Below, in pieces: positions 1 through 8,219 of a stretch of DNA of 64,000 nt. The translations under genes and the position numbers were made by a program. The DNA is taken from positions 1,372 through 65,371 of the forward strand of contig NZ_JBQCDF010000135.1 in assembly GCF_051961495.1 (NCBI RefSeq), given 5' to 3'. Source of the stretch: Cytophaga sp. (GTDB lineage Bacteria; Bacteroidota; Bacteroidia; Cytophagales; Cytophagaceae). The notes under the pieces were generated by a model. That model was not told where the DNA came from, did not search any database, and saw nothing but the letters and a program-made list of their open reading frames with translations. Every line of letters starts with the position of its first letter. Positions within the stretch are counted from its first letter, which is position 1.

Positions 1-765
1 AACGGAATACGAACCTTCGGCCAGACCAAGTTCTTTTACCAGCAAACGGGTTGTTTCATAACATTGCGCGCGGTAGCAGTATTCATTGCGCGAACCGTAC
101 ACCTGGCAGCAGGTACCCAGCTTGCACTGGTCGCCGACAGAGGCTTTGGTGATCTGTCTTTCAGGAATACCGTGATACGAGAAAATAACATGATCCCAGT
201 TTCTTTGCTCCAGGTATTTGCGGCCAATCTCAGCAAAAGCTTTGATGAACAGCGGGTGATCAAAGAATTTCGAGATTACTTCTATGTGTGGCGTGATCTC
301 CCATTTGCCCAGTACACGCAAGGCTTCTTCCACGGCAGAGCCGGTAGAAGCAGATGCATATTGCGGGAAAAGGGGGATAACAATGACTTTGTTATAACCT
401 TTGCCTTCCAGTTCTTTCGCGGCCGATTCGATGGAAGGATTCTGGTAGCGCATGCCCAGCACAACTTTGTAATTATCGCCCAACGCCTGTTGCAATAAAT
501 CTTTAACAGCTACGCCATGGAACATCAACGGTGAACCCTTTTCGGTCCACAATTTCTTATATTCATGTGCAGATTTTGGCGCGCGGAAAGGAGCTATGAT
601 CATGTTAATCAGCATCCAACGGTTAAACCATGGAATGTCGATCACCCGGCGGTCCATTAAAAACTGGCGCAGGTATTTGCGCACATCCGGTGTATTTGGA
701 CTATCCGGTGTACCCAGATTGATGAGAAAGACTGCTGTTTTGGATTTTTTATTAGGCAATGCCAT
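1..765 (-). CDS. hemH: Ferrochelatase (3' end truncated by window edge)
   Basis: Manual minus-strand translation from ATG at 765: MALPNKKSKTAVFLINLGTPDSPNTPDVRKYLRQFLMDRRVID ... DHVIFSYHGIPERQI ... CYRAQCYETTRLL. NLGTP and SYHGxP are ferrochelatase signatures. No stop inside the window, so absent from the ORF track. Confidence 0.95.
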   Translation of the reverse strand, partial: MALPNKKSKTAVFLINLGTPDSPNTPDVRKYLRQFLMDRRVIDIPWFNRWMLINMIIAPFRAPKSAHEYKKLWTEKGSPLMFHGVAVKDLLQQALGDNYKVVLGMRYQNPSIESAAKELEGKGYNKVIVIPLFPQYASASTGSAVEEALRVLGKWEITPHIEVISKFFDHPLFIKAFAEIGRKYLEQRNWDHVIFSYHGIPERQITKASVGDQCKLGTCCQVYGSRNEYCYRAQCYETTRLLVKELGLAEGSYSV

Positions 766-783
766 AGAAACATATTTAATTTG

Positions 784-791
784 CAAACTTA
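784..791 (-). promoter_or_regulatory. Bacteroidota -7 promoter box (TAnnTTTG) for hemH
   Basis: CAAACTTA on + = TAAGTTTG on minus, about 20 nt upstream of the hemH ATG. Confidence 0.55.
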
Positions 792-905
792 ACAAATAAC
801 TGTTTTAAAGTTGTGATTTGTATCAGCAGAATGATTTAAATTTATCATGATCTGGTCCTGATTAAAAAGTTGAAAACAGGCACTAAATACGTATAAACGA
901 GTATC

Positions 906-2408
906 ATGGAAAATAAAGTAGTTGCCCCGGCCGAAAATGGCCTGATGAAAAAAATCGTTTCGCATGCGAAAGAATATGGTTTTGTTTTTCCTTCATCAGA
1001 AATTTATGACGGGTTGCAGGCAGTATACGATTACGGACAAATGGGTGTTGAATTGAAAAACAACATCAAAACGGTTTGGTATAAAGCAATGACGCAGCTG
1101 AACGACAACATCGTTGGGATTGACGCTGCCATCTTTATGCATCCCTTAACCTGGAAAGCTTCGGGCCACATCGATGGTTTCAGCGATCCGATGATTGACA
1201 ACAAAGATTCAAAGAAAAGATACAGAGCAGATGTGCTTGTTGAGGAGCGCGCGGCACAAATGGAAGCTGCCGGTAAAAAAGACGAGGCTGATGCACTGGT
1301 GAAAAAACTGGCTCGTCTGCTTGAAGCCGATGATCTGAAAGGTGTACAGGATCTGATCACGAATGAAAAAATTACTTGTCCGATTAGCGGTACTGCTAAC
1401 TGGACAGAAGTACGTCAGTTTAACCTGATGTTCTCTACACAGGTAGGTTCTGTTGCAGAAGATGCAAGCACAATTTATTTAAGACCGGAAACGGCACAGG
1501 GTATTTTCGTAAACTTCCTGAACGTACAGAAAACAGGCCGTATGAAAATACCGTTTGGCATTGCGCAGATCGGTAAAGCATTCCGTAACGAAATCGTTGC
1601 AAGACAATTCACGTTCCGTATGCGTGAGTTCGAACAAATGGAAATGCAGTTCTTTATCCGTCCCGGCACAGAAATGGAATGGTATAAGAAATGGAAAGAA
1701 ACACGTTTGAACTGGCACAAAGCGCTTGGTATACCAGCGGAGAAATTAAGATTCCACGATCACGAAAAACTTGCACATTACGCGAATGCTGCTGTAGATA
1801 TTGAATTCGAATTCCCGTTTGGTTTCAAAGAAATGGAAGGCATCCATTCACGTACCGATTTCGATTTGGGCAACCACCAGGAATTATCGAAAAAGAAACA
1901 ACAGTATTTCGATAACGATATCGACGAAGCTACCGGAAAACCTTATGGGAACTATGTTCCTTATGTAGTTGAAACTTCCGTTGGTGCTGACAGATGTTTC
2001 CTTGCCGTATTGTGTAATGCATATACGGAAGAAGTAACAGGCGAAGGCGAAAGCCAGAAAGAGCGTGTGTACTTAAAACTACACCCGACATTGGCGCCGA
2101 TCAAAGCAGCGATCCTTCCGATCACGAAGAAAGACGGCCTGCCTGAGAAAGCAATGGAAATTTACAACGAACTGAAATACGATATCAAGGTAACGTATGA
2201 AGATAAAGATTCGATCGGTAAACGTTACACGCGTAACGACCTGATCGGAACACCATTCTGTATTGCAGTAGATCACCAGACTTTAGAAGATAATACGGTA
2301 ACGATCCGTCACCGAGATTCGATGGAACAGGAAAGAGTTGCGATCAGCGAATTACGCCTGAAGATTCGTAAAGAGACAAGCTGGAGAACGATATTGGAGA
2401 AGGTGTAA
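906..2408 (+). CDS. glyS: Glycine--tRNA ligase, alpha2 (class IIa) type
   Basis: Motifs YDYGQMG, YLRPETAQGIF, FRNEI..RQFTFRMREFEQME, VVETSVGADR; C-terminal anticodon-binding domain (IGKRYTRNDLIGTPF). Confidence 0.97.
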   Translation: MENKVVAPAENGLMKKIVSHAKEYGFVFPSSEIYDGLQAVYDYGQMGVELKNNIKTVWYKAMTQLNDNIVGIDAAIFMHPLTWKASGHIDGFSDPMIDNKDSKKRYRADVLVEERAAQMEAAGKKDEADALVKKLARLLEADDLKGVQDLITNEKITCPISGTANWTEVRQFNLMFSTQVGSVAEDASTIYLRPETAQGIFVNFLNVQKTGRMKIPFGIAQIGKAFRNEIVARQFTFRMREFEQMEMQFFIRPGTEMEWYKKWKETRLNWHKALGIPAEKLRFHDHEKLAHYANAAVDIEFEFPFGFKEMEGIHSRTDFDLGNHQELSKKKQQYFDNDIDEATGKPYGNYVPYVVETSVGADRCFLAVLCNAYTEEVTGEGESQKERVYLKLHPTLAPIKAAILPITKKDGLPEKAMEIYNELKYDIKVTYEDKDSIGKRYTRNDLIGTPFCIAVDHQTLEDNTVTIRHRDSMEQERVAISELRLKIRKETSWRTILEKV

Positions 2409-2428
2409 AGATTAATAAATTATATTTT

Positions 2429-2462
2429 GGAAGGCGCATTTTATATGCGCCTTTCTTATTTT
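2429..2462 (+). terminator. Intrinsic terminator after glyS
   Basis: AAGGCGCA-ttttata-TGCGCCTT hairpin followed by T-rich tract. Confidence 0.75.
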
Positions 2463-2475
2463 AATATATTTTCAA

Positions 2476-3480
2476 ATGGAAAGAATTGACCCAATTAATA
2501 ATGGAAGTAAAATATTTTTTAATTTATTTAAAAATTCAAACAATAATACTATTACAGATTTACCAGCTTTAGATATTTTTTTAAATAAACTTATTACTGA
2601 AACAGAAGGTCTAATTATAGTTGATTTTTTAGATCAAGGGAATTGGGATTGTTTAGGTAGTTATCATATTGATTATTCTACTGGTTATGTATTTCTGCAT
2701 TGGCATCAATATAAAATTGGTCCATTAATTGAAAATTATATTGATGATGCTGGATTTAAACCTAACATTTATACTTTGATGATTCATTTCAAAGAATTAA
2801 GAATGGATAATATTAAAGATTTACCTTTTGTAGGAATTAGAGGTTTTGCTTTAAAAGAAAAGGAGGTATTAAAATATTTAACGTCTATAGGTCAATCAAA
2901 TTCTACTTTGGAAATACGTAATGAAAATTTTTGTTCACTCTATTCAGTTGATAGAGGGAATTATTTTGAAGATTGTTTTTGTCATGATACTCCAATTTAT
3001 TCGATTTTAATCATTCCAAAAGATAAAGAGCAAGGTTCAAGTTTATCTCAAAAAATACTTTTTTTATACAATTATAGTGATTGCTTAGAAAGGTTAGAAA
3101 AAGTGGAAACAACATTGTCAACTAAGAAATTAAGCGAAGACGAAATTTGTGAGAAGGCAAATACAATTAGGAGAATTTTCGAATACGTTTTAAAGATTGA
3201 ATGTTGTTTTCATTCTAAATTTAATTACAGCTTATCTTTGGAAGAAATGTTTAATAAATTTCTTTTTAAAAAACATTACTCAGATTTAAATTTAGGAGAC
3301 TTAATTTCTATTCTAAAATTTGTAAAACAAAAAGATCAAATGGAAAATTTAAATAAAATAGTTAGATTTTCTAATGAACTATCACATGATTCGGGAAAGC
3401 CTATTAGGCAAGAGATGGCGACTGAATTACTTAATTTAACAATAAATTATATTGATGAACTAGTTAAACTAATCAAGTAA
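2476..3480 (+). CDS. AT-rich hypothetical protein with a C-terminal HEPN-like domain
   Basis: 334-aa ORF, visibly much more AT-rich than flanks. The C-terminal ANTIRRIFEYVL ... RFSNELSHD resembles HEPN helix-1 and the Rx6H motif. Confidence 0.55.
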   Translation: MERIDPINNGSKIFFNLFKNSNNNTITDLPALDIFLNKLITETEGLIIVDFLDQGNWDCLGSYHIDYSTGYVFLHWHQYKIGPLIENYIDDAGFKPNIYTLMIHFKELRMDNIKDLPFVGIRGFALKEKEVLKYLTSIGQSNSTLEIRNENFCSLYSVDRGNYFEDCFCHDTPIYSILIIPKDKEQGSSLSQKILFLYNYSDCLERLEKVETTLSTKKLSEDEICEKANTIRRIFEYVLKIECCFHSKFNYSLSLEEMFNKFLFKKHYSDLNLGDLISILKFVKQKDQMENLNKIVRFSNELSHDSGKPIRQEMATELLNLTINYIDELVKLIK

Positions 3481-3506
3481 GTATTTAAAAACGATTCCTG
3501 CTATAA

Positions 3507-3620
3507 ACAAAAAAAGCTCATCAAACGATGAGCCTTTCTGTTTAAACCCGTCGGATTCGACGGGTTTAAAAATATAAGAGAAATTAAAGATTACGAATCC
3601 GTGACCTTTAATTTCTTTAA
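3507..3620. terminator. Three tandem hairpins between convergent genes (bidirectional terminator region)
   Basis: GCTCATC-aaac-GATGAGC (3516-3533); TTTAAACCCGTCG-gatt-CGACGGGTTTAAA (3541-3570); GAAATTAAAG...CTTTAATTTC (about 3580-3615). Confidence 0.7.
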
Positions 3621-3625
3621 TTCAC

Positions 3626-4714
3626 TTACGCGCCATACACTGCAAAATCCGTATAACCATGTTCACCGGGGGTATAGAACAGTTCCATGTTCAAATCATG
3701 TGAAATGGGTTGGTCCTTTTTGAAACGTTCAACCAGATCCGGATTGTTGATGAACGGCCGGCCGAAACCTGTAGCATTTGTCAAGCCGCTCTCTATCGCT
3801 GCTTCAGCGGTTTCTTTTGTAAAGCCGCCGCAAAGAATAATCGTGTTTTTGAAATTGTTACGGATCTTTTGTTTGATCTCAATTGGTACTGCCGGCGCAC
3901 CAATCGCTGAGTGGTCCACCAGGTGAATGTAAGCAATACCCAACTTGTTCAGTTCTTTTGAAAGATAATCATATTCTGCATCGATCTCCGGATAATGCGG
4001 CATGTCACTCGCTACACCATATGGAGAAAGACGGATCCCGGTTTTGTCTTTACCGATCGCAGCAGCTACCGCTTCAGTCACTTCCAGCACAAACTTAGCA
4101 CGCTTCTCAATGCTGCCGCCATACTCGTCGGTACGTACATTGCTTACCGGAGAAAGGAACTGCTCTAACAAGTAACCGTTTGCGCTGTGCAGTTCCACTC
4201 CATCGAAACCAGCTTCGATTGCATTCTTTGCAGCCGTTACAAACTCCGCTTTTGTAGAAACAAGTTCTTCCGCAGTCATGGCGTTTGGTACCGGGAAATC
4301 CTGCATCTGTAAGGAGTCCGTCCACATTTGTCCGGCGGGCTTCACGGCTGAAGGCGCAAGAATCTTTGTACCTGCTGCCATGTTAGCCGGGTGCGAGATG
4401 CGGCCGGTGTGCATTAATTGTATCACGATTTTCCCGCCTTTGTCATGCACGGCTTTCGTTACTTTCTTCCAGCCTTCAACCTGCTCTTTGCTGAAGATGC
4501 CGGGGATGCGTGCGTAACCCAAACCGTTTGGTGAAGGCGATGTTCCTTCGGTAACGATCAGTCCGGCGCCGGCGCGCTGTCCGTAATACGTTGCCATTAA
4601 ATCGTTTGGTATGTTACCGATTGCGCGGCTGCGTGTCATCGGTGCCATTATAATACTGTTTGCCAGGGAAATAGAACCGATCTTTTGAGGTTCAAATAAT
4701 TTAGATGTTGTCAT
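3626..4714 (-). CDS. Alkene reductase / old yellow enzyme (NADH:flavin oxidoreductase, NemA-like)
   Basis: IIMAPMTRSRA, YYGQRAGAGLIVTEGT, QLMHTGR, GFDGVELHSANGYLLEQFL, RTDEYGGS, FGRPFINNPDL. Confidence 0.95.
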   Translation of the reverse strand: MTTSKLFEPQKIGSISLANSIIMAPMTRSRAIGNIPNDLMATYYGQRAGAGLIVTEGTSPSPNGLGYARIPGIFSKEQVEGWKKVTKAVHDKGGKIVIQLMHTGRISHPANMAAGTKILAPSAVKPAGQMWTDSLQMQDFPVPNAMTAEELVSTKAEFVTAAKNAIEAGFDGVELHSANGYLLEQFLSPVSNVRTDEYGGSIEKRAKFVLEVTEAVAAAIGKDKTGIRLSPYGVASDMPHYPEIDAEYDYLSKELNKLGIAYIHLVDHSAIGAPAVPIEIKQKIRNNFKNTIILCGGFTKETAEAAIESGLTNATGFGRPFINNPDLVERFKKDQPISHDLNMELFYTPGEHGYTDFAVYGA

Positions 4715-4791
4715 GGGATAAAAAGATATCGTGGGTAAAAGTGTGTTGAGACAATATAAGTGCTAAGAAGTATTATTAGTTCCTTAAGCGA

Positions 4792-4809
4792 GGTTACTAA
4801 ATGGTAACC
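4792..4809. promoter_or_regulatory. Palindromic operator-like site upstream of the OYE gene
   Basis: GGTTAC-taaatg-GTAACC, about 80 nt upstream of the OYE start. Confidence 0.5.
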
Positions 4810-4862
4810 AAAGTTTTTATTATCGGTTGTTAAGAAATCTGTATGGCATACAGTACGAAATG

Positions 4863-4889
4863 CTGGTCTGTGTGTCACAGACCAGGGTG
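4863..4889. repeat. REP-like palindrome, copy 1
   Basis: CTGGTCTGTG-tgt-CACAGACCAG; 23/25 identical to 40506-40530. Confidence 0.65.
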
Positions 4890-5020
4890 CAGTACTTAAT
4901 TAAGTTTATGCCATTCTAAATTAGAGCAAGGCCTTGGAGGATTCGTTAGCGGAACGAACCAAACCTATAAGATTTTCTTTGTTAATCAACGAACCTTTAT
5001 GAATCAAAACCTTATAGGTT

Positions 5021-6289
5021 TTATTTGTTAAAGGCCCCATCCATTTTTCTCCGGTCGAATTCGTTTTCATTATTTGCCAGAAAAACGGTTGCCACGCTAT
5101 TGCCGATAAAATTGGTGATTGCTCTGGCCTCCGACATGAAGCGGTCAACAGCTAGCAGCAGCGCCAGGCCTTCAACCGGAATAACTTTAACCGCTGTTAA
5201 AGTGGATGCGAGTACAATGAACCCGCTGCCTGTTACGCCGGCCGCGCCTTTAGAGGTGATCAGCAAAATGCCGATGATAGACAGGATCTGTGAGAGAGCC
5301 AGGTGTACATGAAATACCTGCGCCAGAAATAATACCGACATCGAGAGATAGATTGTGGTACCATCGAGGTTGAAGGAGTAACCGGCAGGCACAACCAAAC
5401 CAACAACCGGTTTGGAACAGCCCATGCGTTCAAGCTTTTCCATGAGCGAAGGCAGCGCCGCTTCGGAAGAAGAAGTTCCCAATACGATCAATAGTTCTTC
5501 ACGAATATATTTCAACAACGACAACAAACGGATTTTGTAGTACCACAAGATCAGACCGAGAACGACAAAAATAAAAAGTGCCATGGTGATGTACACGGTC
5601 AGCATGAGTTTGCCTAGTGGCAGCAAGGTTGTAAGTCCGTATTTGGAAATGGTGAATGCCATACCGCCGAAGGCCCCGATGGGTGCAAGCAGCATGACAT
5701 AATGCAGGGCTTTAAAAAGTTTTTTGGAAATGGGTTGCAGCCAGTCAATTAATTGTTGTCGCTTATGATATCTGCTGAGCATGATTCCCGAAACAATGGC
5801 GATCAATACAACCTGCAGCGTTACATTGTCTTTTAAAAAATGGAACCAGCTGAAATCTTCGGCACGCTTGGTGTAGGTACTGATGTCTCCGCCCGCAACG
5901 GAAGATGTTACCACGCCGTCACCCGGACGAATGACCCAGGCTGCGCCAACGCCGATCAGCAAGGCAAAGGTTGTTACAATTTCAAAATACAACAAGGCTT
6001 TCGCACCTACCTTACCTGCCTTTTTCAAATCACTCATGGAAGCAATGCCCAGCGTGATCGTTAAGAAGATGATTGGGTTGATGAATATTTTAACCAGTGA
6101 AATAAACAGACTGCTGAGAAATTCGGTAAAGGTTGTTTTAATTTCTATATCGGTCAGGTAAAGATTTAATTTGAAAGGCTTATCCAATACGGGCATTAAT
6201 GCGGTCTGCGGATAAACATGTCCGAGCCACACACCAAGCACAATAGCTGTCAGCACCCAGAAGGTAAGATTGGAAAAAATTCTTTTCAT
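5021..6289 (-). CDS. dctA: Dicarboxylate/amino acid:cation symporter (DAACS family)
   Basis: LGTSSSEAALP, VVPAGYSFNLDGT, TSKGAAGVTG, DRFMSEARAITNFIGNSVA. Confidence 0.9.
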   Translation of the reverse strand: MKRIFSNLTFWVLTAIVLGVWLGHVYPQTALMPVLDKPFKLNLYLTDIEIKTTFTEFLSSLFISLVKIFINPIIFLTITLGIASMSDLKKAGKVGAKALLYFEIVTTFALLIGVGAAWVIRPGDGVVTSSVAGGDISTYTKRAEDFSWFHFLKDNVTLQVVLIAIVSGIMLSRYHKRQQLIDWLQPISKKLFKALHYVMLLAPIGAFGGMAFTISKYGLTTLLPLGKLMLTVYITMALFIFVVLGLILWYYKIRLLSLLKYIREELLIVLGTSSSEAALPSLMEKLERMGCSKPVVGLVVPAGYSFNLDGTTIYLSMSVLFLAQVFHVHLALSQILSIIGILLITSKGAAGVTGSGFIVLASTLTAVKVIPVEGLALLLAVDRFMSEARAITNFIGNSVATVFLANNENEFDRRKMDGAFNK

Positions 6290-6319
6290 ACGATTGTGAA
6301 AAAGCAGCCTGTTGATGAA

Positions 6320-6508
6320 TCATGATTTCTTCTTCCTGAAACAAAAGTTAGCAAGAACTGCTGCGAATAGTGTAGATAAGATCCAGAGTAATTTCAAATT
6401 TTCTGACTGCTCAATTGCGTCTGTATAAGATGAATTGACGTAATAGCAGAAAACAAACCAAATTGACAAAATACCTATAAAAGCAGCAGTTCTTTTCAAC
6501 AAAGACAT
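6320..6508 (-). CDS. Small two-TM hypothetical membrane protein
   Basis: 62-aa ORF, two hydrophobic segments, fills the gap in a minus-strand gene run. Confidence 0.55.
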   Translation of the reverse strand: MSLLKRTAAFIGILSIWFVFCYYVNSSYTDAIEQSENLKLLWILSTLFAAVLANFCFRKKKS

Positions 6509-6532
6509 AACTATATTGTTTCATTCATTTAT

Positions 6533-7081
6533 TTATTCACCCGCAGTCAGCGCTGCTTCGACTTCCGCCAGTTTCTGTGCTGTATACGCGCCTTTCGTTA
6601 CATGCGTGATCACGCCTTTATCATCCAGTACAAAGAAATAAGGCTCATCATTTTCTACGATGTCCAACGTTTTTTTGTATGAAGCAAATTCACCCACATA
6701 GGTTAACACATAAGGTTGTAATTCTTTTTGTGTTTGGGTTTGTATGGCTTTTATAATATCGCCGGCAGCAACTTTATTTGTTCCGGTAACAACCGCAACG
6801 AAATAGGTGTTTACATTATACACCTCTGCCGCAAATACAGTTTTCTTTTTTTGAATGAACGTTTGATATGCAGGCTGGTACCAGGTCTTCAGGCTTTCTT
6901 CCGCTTTTTTAGAAAAAGCAATACCAACGATGCTGTATTTCCCTTTCACACTGTCGGGAACGGGGAATGATTGTCCGCTTAATTTTTTCGTTGCAATATC
7001 CGGGAATGCCGAACCTGTCTGCGCAACAGCACAAGCTGTTGATACAGCCGTGAATAAAAGGAATACGATGATTTTTTTCAT
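6533..7081 (-). CDS. Exported thioredoxin-like-fold protein, ATP10-like
   Basis: Sec signal MKKIIVFLLFTAVSTACAVA; ...LSGQSFPVPD..GKYSIVGIAF ... EPYFFVLDDKGVI...G pattern resembles the ATP10 family (recognised from memory, not searched). Confidence 0.5.
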   Translation of the reverse strand: MKKIIVFLLFTAVSTACAVAQTGSAFPDIATKKLSGQSFPVPDSVKGKYSIVGIAFSKKAEESLKTWYQPAYQTFIQKKKTVFAAEVYNVNTYFVAVVTGTNKVAAGDIIKAIQTQTQKELQPYVLTYVGEFASYKKTLDIVENDEPYFFVLDDKGVITHVTKGAYTAQKLAEVEAALTAGE

Positions 7082-7091
7082 AGTGGTACGG

Positions 7092-8219
7092 TTACTTGAT
7101 ACTCTTTACTAACGTTTGAATGCAATAATCTATTTCGTCTTTGGTATTATATCTTCCGAAAGAAAAACGCACATAGCCCCAATCGTCTTTGGCGCCAATG
7201 GCTTCCAATACATGCGAACCAATATTCGTGCCGCTGGTGCAGGCGCTGCCGGCAGATGCAGAAATTTTTGCAATGTCCAGGTTCATCACCAGCATCTCGT
7301 TATTTTCTGATGGCGGCAGACTTACGTTCAGCACATGCACCAGGCTTTTATCGATATCAGCAGATTCGCCATTGAATAATAAGCCGGGAATTTTATTCAG
7401 CTCTTCAATCATGTATTTTTTCAGCTCTATGATATGCATGCGATCTTCATCCATGCGCTGGTAGGCAAGTTCCAAAGCTTTGGCCATACCTACGATGGCG
7501 GCCGTGTTTTCTGTTCCGCCGCGCATGTTGCGCTCCTGCGCGCCGCCATGCATATAAGGATAGATCGTTGAGCCGGCTTTTAAGTATAACAAACCAATGC
7601 CTTTTGGTCCGTGGAATTTATGCGCAGAGCCGGCAATGAAATCAACCGGCAGAGATAATAAATGCAAAGGATAATGACCAATGGTCTGTACCGTATCGCT
7701 GTGAAAAAAAGCGCTGTACTGCTGGCAAAGTTCACCGGTCTTTTTCAGATCCAGGATATTGCCGATCTCGTTGTTGCCGTGCATCAGACTGACCAACGCC
7801 GGTGTGTTTGCCCTGAGCAACGATTCAAGATGAGCCAGGCTAATAACACCCTGCTCATTTACATCTACATAGTGGACAGTAACGCGGTTCAGTTTTTCCA
7901 GATACTGCACGGTATGCAGTACCGCATGGTGTTCAAGCCGGCTGGTAATGATGTGTTTGATGTTGTGTTTTTCAACCGCACCGATGATCGCAGTATTATC
8001 TGCTTCGGTTCCGCCGGAGGTAAAAAAGATCTCCGCTGCCGTGGTGTTCAGCAGGTCTGCAATTTTCTTGCGCGCAATCTCAATGGCCGACCGCGTTTCA
8101 CGGCCATGTCCGTGTATGGAAGAAGCATTGCCAAAGCGGTCCGTTAAATAAGGCATCATGGCTTCGAGAACCTGCGGATCTAAAGCCGTTGTTGCTGCAT
8201 TATCTAAGTAAACACGCAT
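7092..8219 (-). CDS. iscS: Cysteine desulfurase (group I, IscS/NifS-like)
   Basis: YLDNAATT, FTSGGTEADN, HKFHGPKG (PLP Lys), SAGSACTSG (catalytic Cys). Likely ATG at 8219, overlapping the glmM stop by 20 nt. Confidence 0.93.
   Translation of the reverse strand: MRVYLDNAATTALDPQVLEAMMPYLTDRFGNASSIHGHGRETRSAIEIARKKIADLLNTTAAEIFFTSGGTEADNTAIIGAVEKHNIKHIITSRLEHHAVLHTVQYLEKLNRVTVHYVDVNEQGVISLAHLESLLRANTPALVSLMHGNNEIGNILDLKKTGELCQQYSAFFHSDTVQTIGHYPLHLLSLPVDFIAGSAHKFHGPKGIGLLYLKAGSTIYPYMHGGAQERNMRGGTENTAAIVGMAKALELAYQRMDEDRMHIIELKKYMIEELNKIPGLLFNGESADIDKSLVHVLNVSLPPSENNEMLVMNLDIAKISASAGSACTSGTNIGSHVLEAIGAKDDWGYVRFSFGRYNTKDEIDYCIQTLVKSIK

Noticed and set aside
64-498. 144-aa + strand ORF (and 596-799)
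   Set aside because: Antisense shadow of hemH; no motifs.
2406-3593. 9-bp direct repeat TAAAGATTA (2406-2414, 3585-3593) flanking the AT-rich gene as a target-site duplication
   Set aside because: Short AT-rich match likely by chance; no terminal inverted repeats or transposase.
7116-8147. Several + strand ORFs up to 161 aa opposite iscS; likewise 17112-17561, 19564-19983, 27334-27852, 44105-44629, 48314-48748
   Set aside because: Fully nested antisense to well-supported genes, with no family signatures.
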